Shown piece after piece: positions 28,268 to 32,000 of a stretch of 32,000 bases of DNA. The stretch covers positions 1,560,001 through 1,592,000 of the forward strand of contig NC_014148.1 in NCBI RefSeq assembly GCF_000092105.1. The letters run 5' to 3'. How positions within the stretch are numbered: the stretch's first letter is position 1; each line of letters begins with the position of its first letter. This DNA comes from Planctopirus limnophila DSM 3776 (GTDB lineage Bacteria; Planctomycetota; Planctomycetia; Planctomycetales; Planctomycetaceae). The translations under genes were made by a program, and so were the position numbers. The notes beneath the pieces were generated by a model. That model was given only the letters and a program-made list of their open reading frames with translations. It was not told the DNA's origin and ran no database searches.

Positions 28268-28735
28268 ATGATTCGAATGATTAGACCTGAGGATACTCCC
28301 GAACTTCTGGCGATTTGTGAGACTACAGGTCTATTCACGATCGAAGATCTTCCGACGCTACAACTCCTGTTTGATGATTATCACTTGACGAAATCGCGAT
28401 TAGGACATCATGCGCTGGTTTGTGAAGACGAAGATGAACTCATAGCCGTGGCTTACTACTTACCCAGGGAGTTGACTGATCGAACATGGGAACTTCTGAT
28501 GATTATGGTGCGTGCAACACGCCAAACCAAGGGGGTTGGCTCGCTTATGATCGAGGCCTGCCAAGAGCACATCAGATCAATGGGCGGAAGGTTGCTTCTC
28601 ATCGAGACCAGTTCCACCGACGACTTCGGACCAGTCCGGCAATTTTATAGAAAGCACGGCTTTAACGACGTGGCGACTGTTCCTGACTACTACTCGGACG
28701 GTATCGGGAAAGTGACATTCTTGAAACGATTATAA
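28268..28735 (+). CDS. GNAT-family N-acetyltransferase
   Basis: Acetyl-CoA binding-type segment RQTKGVGSLMIEACQEHIRSMGG and FYRKHGF. Proximity to tsaB suggests, but does not prove, a RimI-like role. Confidence 0.75.
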   Translation: MIRMIRPEDTPELLAICETTGLFTIEDLPTLQLLFDDYHLTKSRLGHHALVCEDEDELIAVAYYLPRELTDRTWELLMIMVRATRQTKGVGSLMIEACQEHIRSMGGRLLLIETSSTDDFGPVRQFYRKHGFNDVATVPDYYSDGIGKVTFLKRL

Positions 28736-28759
28736 TTCTCGATAGTGGTTACAAAGAAA

Positions 28760-28787
28760 GACTTCCACGGCAAATGCCATGGAAGTC
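28760..28787 (-). terminator. Hairpin between convergent GNAT and typA genes (probable terminator, best T-tract on the minus strand)
   Basis: gacttccacgg-caaatg-ccatggaagtc forms a 10-bp stem with one mismatch. On the minus strand it is followed by tctttctttgt. Confidence 0.5.
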
Positions 28788-28817
28788 TCATAGTGCACAT
28801 CAATCAGGAAATGGCAG

Positions 28818-30653
28818 CTATTCGGTCACACTACCTCGCGAGTGCTGCTTGCGCTCGGTTTCTGTCAGGCGGATTTTGCGGAGACGAATGATAGAGGGAG
28901 TCACTTCGACATATTCATCATCTTCAATGTACTCGAGAGCCGCTTCGAGAGAGAGGCGGCGTGGTGGCTTGAGGATGATGTTTTCATCAGAACCTGAGGC
29001 ACGCATGTTCGTGAGTTTCTTTTCACGAATCGGGTTGACCACCATGTCGGTATCTCGTGAGTTTTCTCCCACGATCATCCCTTCATAGACTTCATCGCCC
29101 GGGGCCACGAAGAGTTCCGAACGCTCCTGGAGTTTCCCGAGGGCGAAAGCGACCACTTTCCCACGCTCTTGAGAAACGAGAACACCGTTCGCCCGGCGAG
29201 GAACATCGCCTTCGATTGGCTTATAGCAGTCGAACTGGTGGTGAATAATGGCTTCGCCACGCGTCGCATTGAGCATCCGGGTTCGAATCCCAATCAGGCC
29301 ACGGGCCGGGATCGAGAACTCGAGGTGGGACATCCCGGTGCTGTTGGTGGTCATATTGGTGACTTCGCCGCGGCGATTCCCCACAATTTCCATCACGGGG
29401 CCAACTTCGTTTTGAGGGACATCGACGACAAGAATTTCGAATGGTTCGTAAATCTTGCCGTCAATTCTTTTGCGAATGACTTGTGGCTTGCCCACGGAGA
29501 GTTCGTAGCCTTCGCGTCGCATCTGCTCAATCAGCACGGAGAGGTGAAGCACGCCACGTCCGGAGACGTTGAAGGCTTCTTTGTCAGAGGCTTCTGTCAC
29601 TCGCAGAGCCACGTTCGATTCAAGTTCACGATCCAGTCGATCCCGTAAGTGGCGAGTGGTCAGATACTTCCCGCCACCTTCTTTAGCACCGGCAAAGGGA
29701 GAACTGTTGATTGTGAATACCATCGAAATGGTGGGTTCATCCACACTGATTCGAGGCATGGCTTTAGGAAAGGCCGGGTCGGCGACGGTATCGCCAATTT
29801 CAGGCTTGGATAGCCCGGTAATCGCGACAATATCACCAGCGGTCGCTTCTTGAACGGGAGTACGTCCCAGTTTGTCGAAAACTTCCAGGGCGACGACTTT
29901 TTCGTTCTTGATCGACCCGTCGGCCTTCATCAGCGAAATCGTCTGGCCAGTCTTGATCTTGCCGCACGAAATACGACCCGTCGCAATCCGGCCCACGAAT
30001 TCCGAGTAGGTCAGCGAAGTGACCATGTACTGCAGCGGAGCCTCTTCATCAACTTCCGGCCCGGGAATCCGCTCAATGATCAGATCGAGCAGTGGACGGA
30101 TATCTCCACTGCGTGTCGCTGGATCATGAGAGGCATAACCTGAGCGGCCACTGGCAAACACATAAGGGAAATCGAGAGTCGCGTCGTCGGCACCCAGTTC
30201 GACGAAGAGATCAAAAGTTTCGTTCAAAACATCGAGAGGCCGGGCATCGGGACGGTCAATTTTGTTGACAACCACGAGTGGCTGAAGACCGACTTCCAGT
30301 GCTTTTTGGAGCACGAAGCGAGTTTGTGGGCGTGGACCTTCGAACGAGTCGACGAGTACCAGGGCGCCATCGGCCATCCGCAAGACGCGTTCGACTTCAC
30401 CACCGAAGTCGGCGTGGCCGGGAGTATCGATGATATTGATTTTGGTATCGCCATAGGTCAGGGCGATGTTTTTGGCGAGGATGGTAATGCCGCGTTCGCG
30501 TTCCTGGTCATTAGAATCCAGGATACATTCCTGCTGGAGTTGTGACTCGCGGAACTGGCCACTGAACTTGATCAAACTGTCCACCAGAGTGGTTTTGCCA
30601 TGGTCAACGTGAGCAATAATGGCCACGTTGCGGATGTCGTTTCGTCGCTTCAT
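28818..30653 (-). CDS. typA: Translational GTPase TypA/BipA
   Basis: [19 protein letters not shown] (G1), [14 protein letters not shown] (G3), NKIDR (G4). 611 aa and colinear with BipA. Confidence 0.95.
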   Translation of the reverse strand: MKRRNDIRNVAIIAHVDHGKTTLVDSLIKFSGQFRESQLQQECILDSNDQERERGITILAKNIALTYGDTKINIIDTPGHADFGGEVERVLRMADGALVLVDSFEGPRPQTRFVLQKALEVGLQPLVVVNKIDRPDARPLDVLNETFDLFVELGADDATLDFPYVFASGRSGYASHDPATRSGDIRPLLDLIIERIPGPEVDEEAPLQYMVTSLTYSEFVGRIATGRISCGKIKTGQTISLMKADGSIKNEKVVALEVFDKLGRTPVQEATAGDIVAITGLSKPEIGDTVADPAFPKAMPRISVDEPTISMVFTINSSPFAGAKEGGGKYLTTRHLRDRLDRELESNVALRVTEASDKEAFNVSGRGVLHLSVLIEQMRREGYELSVGKPQVIRKRIDGKIYEPFEILVVDVPQNEVGPVMEIVGNRRGEVTNMTTNSTGMSHLEFSIPARGLIGIRTRMLNATRGEAIIHHQFDCYKPIEGDVPRRANGVLVSQERGKVVAFALGKLQERSELFVAPGDEVYEGMIVGENSRDTDMVVNPIREKKLTNMRASGSDENIILKPPRRLSLEAALEYIEDDEYVEVTPSIIRLRKIRLTETERKQHSRGSVTE

Positions 30654-31019
30654 GTTCTCAAATCAAAAAGTTGGGCGGGTCGAACAGTAAGTTCACCGCA
30701 AGGAAATACGGGGCTGACAACCTTGTCAGCGTTTAGTTTGGCAACTCGGTCTTTGAGTCATCGCATAGTCCACCATTACGGTCGACGCGCAAAACTCAGC
30801 CAGACCGGACGCGGAAACTGGTTTCAACCAGTTCCGATGTTCTATGAGCCTGAGACTGAATAACCTGAGGCGGTTTTGCCAAGGTATTAGTCTATCTTCA
30901 TAGTTCCCGACTCGAAAGCCTGTCACGGCCCGGGACTTGTGATAATCTCGCGAAGAATATGGATTTTCGATTGATCGTACCTATTTCATCGGCTGATTCT
31001 GGATCAATTAGATTGGAGC

Positions 31020-31871
31020 TTGTTGATGTGTTCGGGGATGGCCTCTTCCTGGAATCAGCTCCTTCATAGGAGAAACCAGCTTCTGGTGAGTGTCCGGAAT
31101 GCCGAAGAGGCCAGGCTGGTGGTCAATTCCGGGGTCGCTGTGCTGGACGTTAAAGACCCTGCGCGGGGAGCCCTGGGCAGGGCCGACGAATCTGTCTGGA
31201 GAGAAATTCTGGCTGTTGCCGGAAAACATCGGGTTGCGCCTGGGGTCTCAGAAAAGTCCTCAGGCAGGCCGACTCGTGTCCATTCTGGTTTGGTGACGTC
31301 ACTCGCACTCGGGGAACTTTTAGAAGTTGAACCGTGTGCGATTCCGGAAGGCGTTGATGTCTTAAAAGTGGGGTTAGCTCAGTGTGGACGGCAACAGTGT
31401 GCAGGCCAACGGGAAGATCAAGAAGGCTGGACTCGAAAATGGCTCCAGTTCCGAGAGCAAACAGAAGCTCTGTCAAAACGCAGTTTCCGCTGGATGGCAG
31501 TCGCCTATTTTGACTCTGCGGCACGAGCCCCCGATCTGGAAGAAGTCAAGACTTTTGCCATCCAGCAACAGTTGGCCGGCGTGCTGATTGACAGTTATGA
31601 GAAAACGGGTCAAACGATGACCGACGTTTACAGTTGGGAACAATTGAGTGCTTGTCGAGATGAACTGGTCGCTGCTGGGATGCTGCTCGCCATTGCCGGC
31701 CAGATTCGAGAAGAAATGCTACCCGTTCTCAAGAAACTTGAGCCGCATTTGCTGGCCGTTCGATCAGCAGTTTGTCAATTGCGGGATCGAAATCGGAGTG
31801 TGAGTCCCGAGGCTCTGGAAAAGTTTAGTGCGGAGTTGTCGCTGCCGCTGGAAGCTATGACTCGGCAATAG
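31020..31871 (+). CDS. MfnB/DUF556-family protein ((5-formylfuran-3-yl)methyl phosphate synthase-like)
   Basis: LLVSVRNAEEARLVVNSGVAVLDVKDPARGALG, LKVGL, AVAYFD, VLIDSYEKTG, LAIAGQI and LAVRSAVCQLRDRN align by eye with archaeal MfnB as recalled (LLVSP..DVKNP..GSLG, KVGL, AAGYAD, MLDT..K.G, LAGSI, VGVRGAAC..GDRN). Start is uncertain (TTG 31020, ATG 31026 or 31038). Confidence 0.6.
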   Translation: MLMCSGMASSWNQLLHRRNQLLVSVRNAEEARLVVNSGVAVLDVKDPARGALGRADESVWREILAVAGKHRVAPGVSEKSSGRPTRVHSGLVTSLALGELLEVEPCAIPEGVDVLKVGLAQCGRQQCAGQREDQEGWTRKWLQFREQTEALSKRSFRWMAVAYFDSAARAPDLEEVKTFAIQQQLAGVLIDSYEKTGQTMTDVYSWEQLSACRDELVAAGMLLAIAGQIREEMLPVLKKLEPHLLAVRSAVCQLRDRNRSVSPEALEKFSAELSLPLEAMTRQ

Positions 31872-32000
31872 CGAACCAGAGATCACCAGCGAAACGTGCC
31901 CGTGATTCAAGAACGTCTCTGTGATTCAACACAGAATCACGATTTCCTTTGAAGGATGGGTTAGTGCATGGCTATTCTGCAACAGTGTTGGGAAGCAGCC

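Noticed and set aside
27636-28271. 211-aa ORF overlapping the 3' end of tsaB and filling the tsaB-GNAT gap.
   Set aside because: The first third overlaps tsaB out of frame and there are no family features. Only the possibility of a shorter ORF from 27838 is retained, as a low-interest note.
29275-29300. gggttcgaatcc string resembling a tRNA T-arm.
   Set aside because: It lies inside the typA coding sequence, and no acceptor, D or anticodon arms can be folded around it.
31968-32000. ATG (MAILQQCWEAA...) open to the right edge, and a possible minus-strand ORF end near 31926.
   Set aside because: Only 11-25 codons are visible, too little to call a gene. A weak AT-rich hairpin at 31921-31940 (gtgattc-N6-gaatcac) may terminate the MfnB-like gene but is not convincing.
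1-32000. Scan for CRISPR arrays, rRNA genes, IS/transposase genes and long tandem repeats.
   Set aside because: No regularly spaced direct repeats, rRNA-like sequence or transposase motifs were noticed anywhere in the window.

Overview
Bacterial chromosomal window. Gene content suggests a planctomycete-like genome (MfnB/DUF556-type gene, large secreted multidomain proteins, weak Shine-Dalgarno usage); this is inference only. It has two parts. (1) nt 1-7720 is a visibly AT-richer genomic island abutting a tRNA-Arg(UCU) gene. It carries a tyrosine integrase whose ORF runs antisense across the tRNA, an excisionase-type HTH gene, a small ORF, and a 438-aa orphan protein with a C-terminal winged-helix-like domain. 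It also has a highly structured non-coding region (alternating Pu/Py inverted repeats, an almost pure AT tract, a perfect 44-bp palindrome) and a motif repeated three times. A Type I R-M hsdM-hsdS pair completes it. The hsdS ORF is not in the supplied ORF track because it has no stop inside the window. It continues in frame for at least 180 codons past the canonical HsdS C-terminus into an unknown domain and off the left edge. (2) nt 7.9-32 kb is ordinary core genome: DUF2256, a TlpA-like thioredoxin protein, an HMGL-type (isopropylmalate/homocitrate/citramalate) synthase, recQ, hsp20, an mdtABC-like RND operon, a Ser/Thr kinase, uvrD/pcrA, tsaB, a GNAT, typA/bipA and an MfnB-family gene. No CRISPR array, rRNA or transposase was seen. 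The best candidate for something undescribed is the island: the HsdS-extra-domain fusion, plus the orf438 / repeat / palindrome module, which looks like a replication or regulatory module of an integrative element. All functional calls rest on motifs read by eye; no database search was possible.
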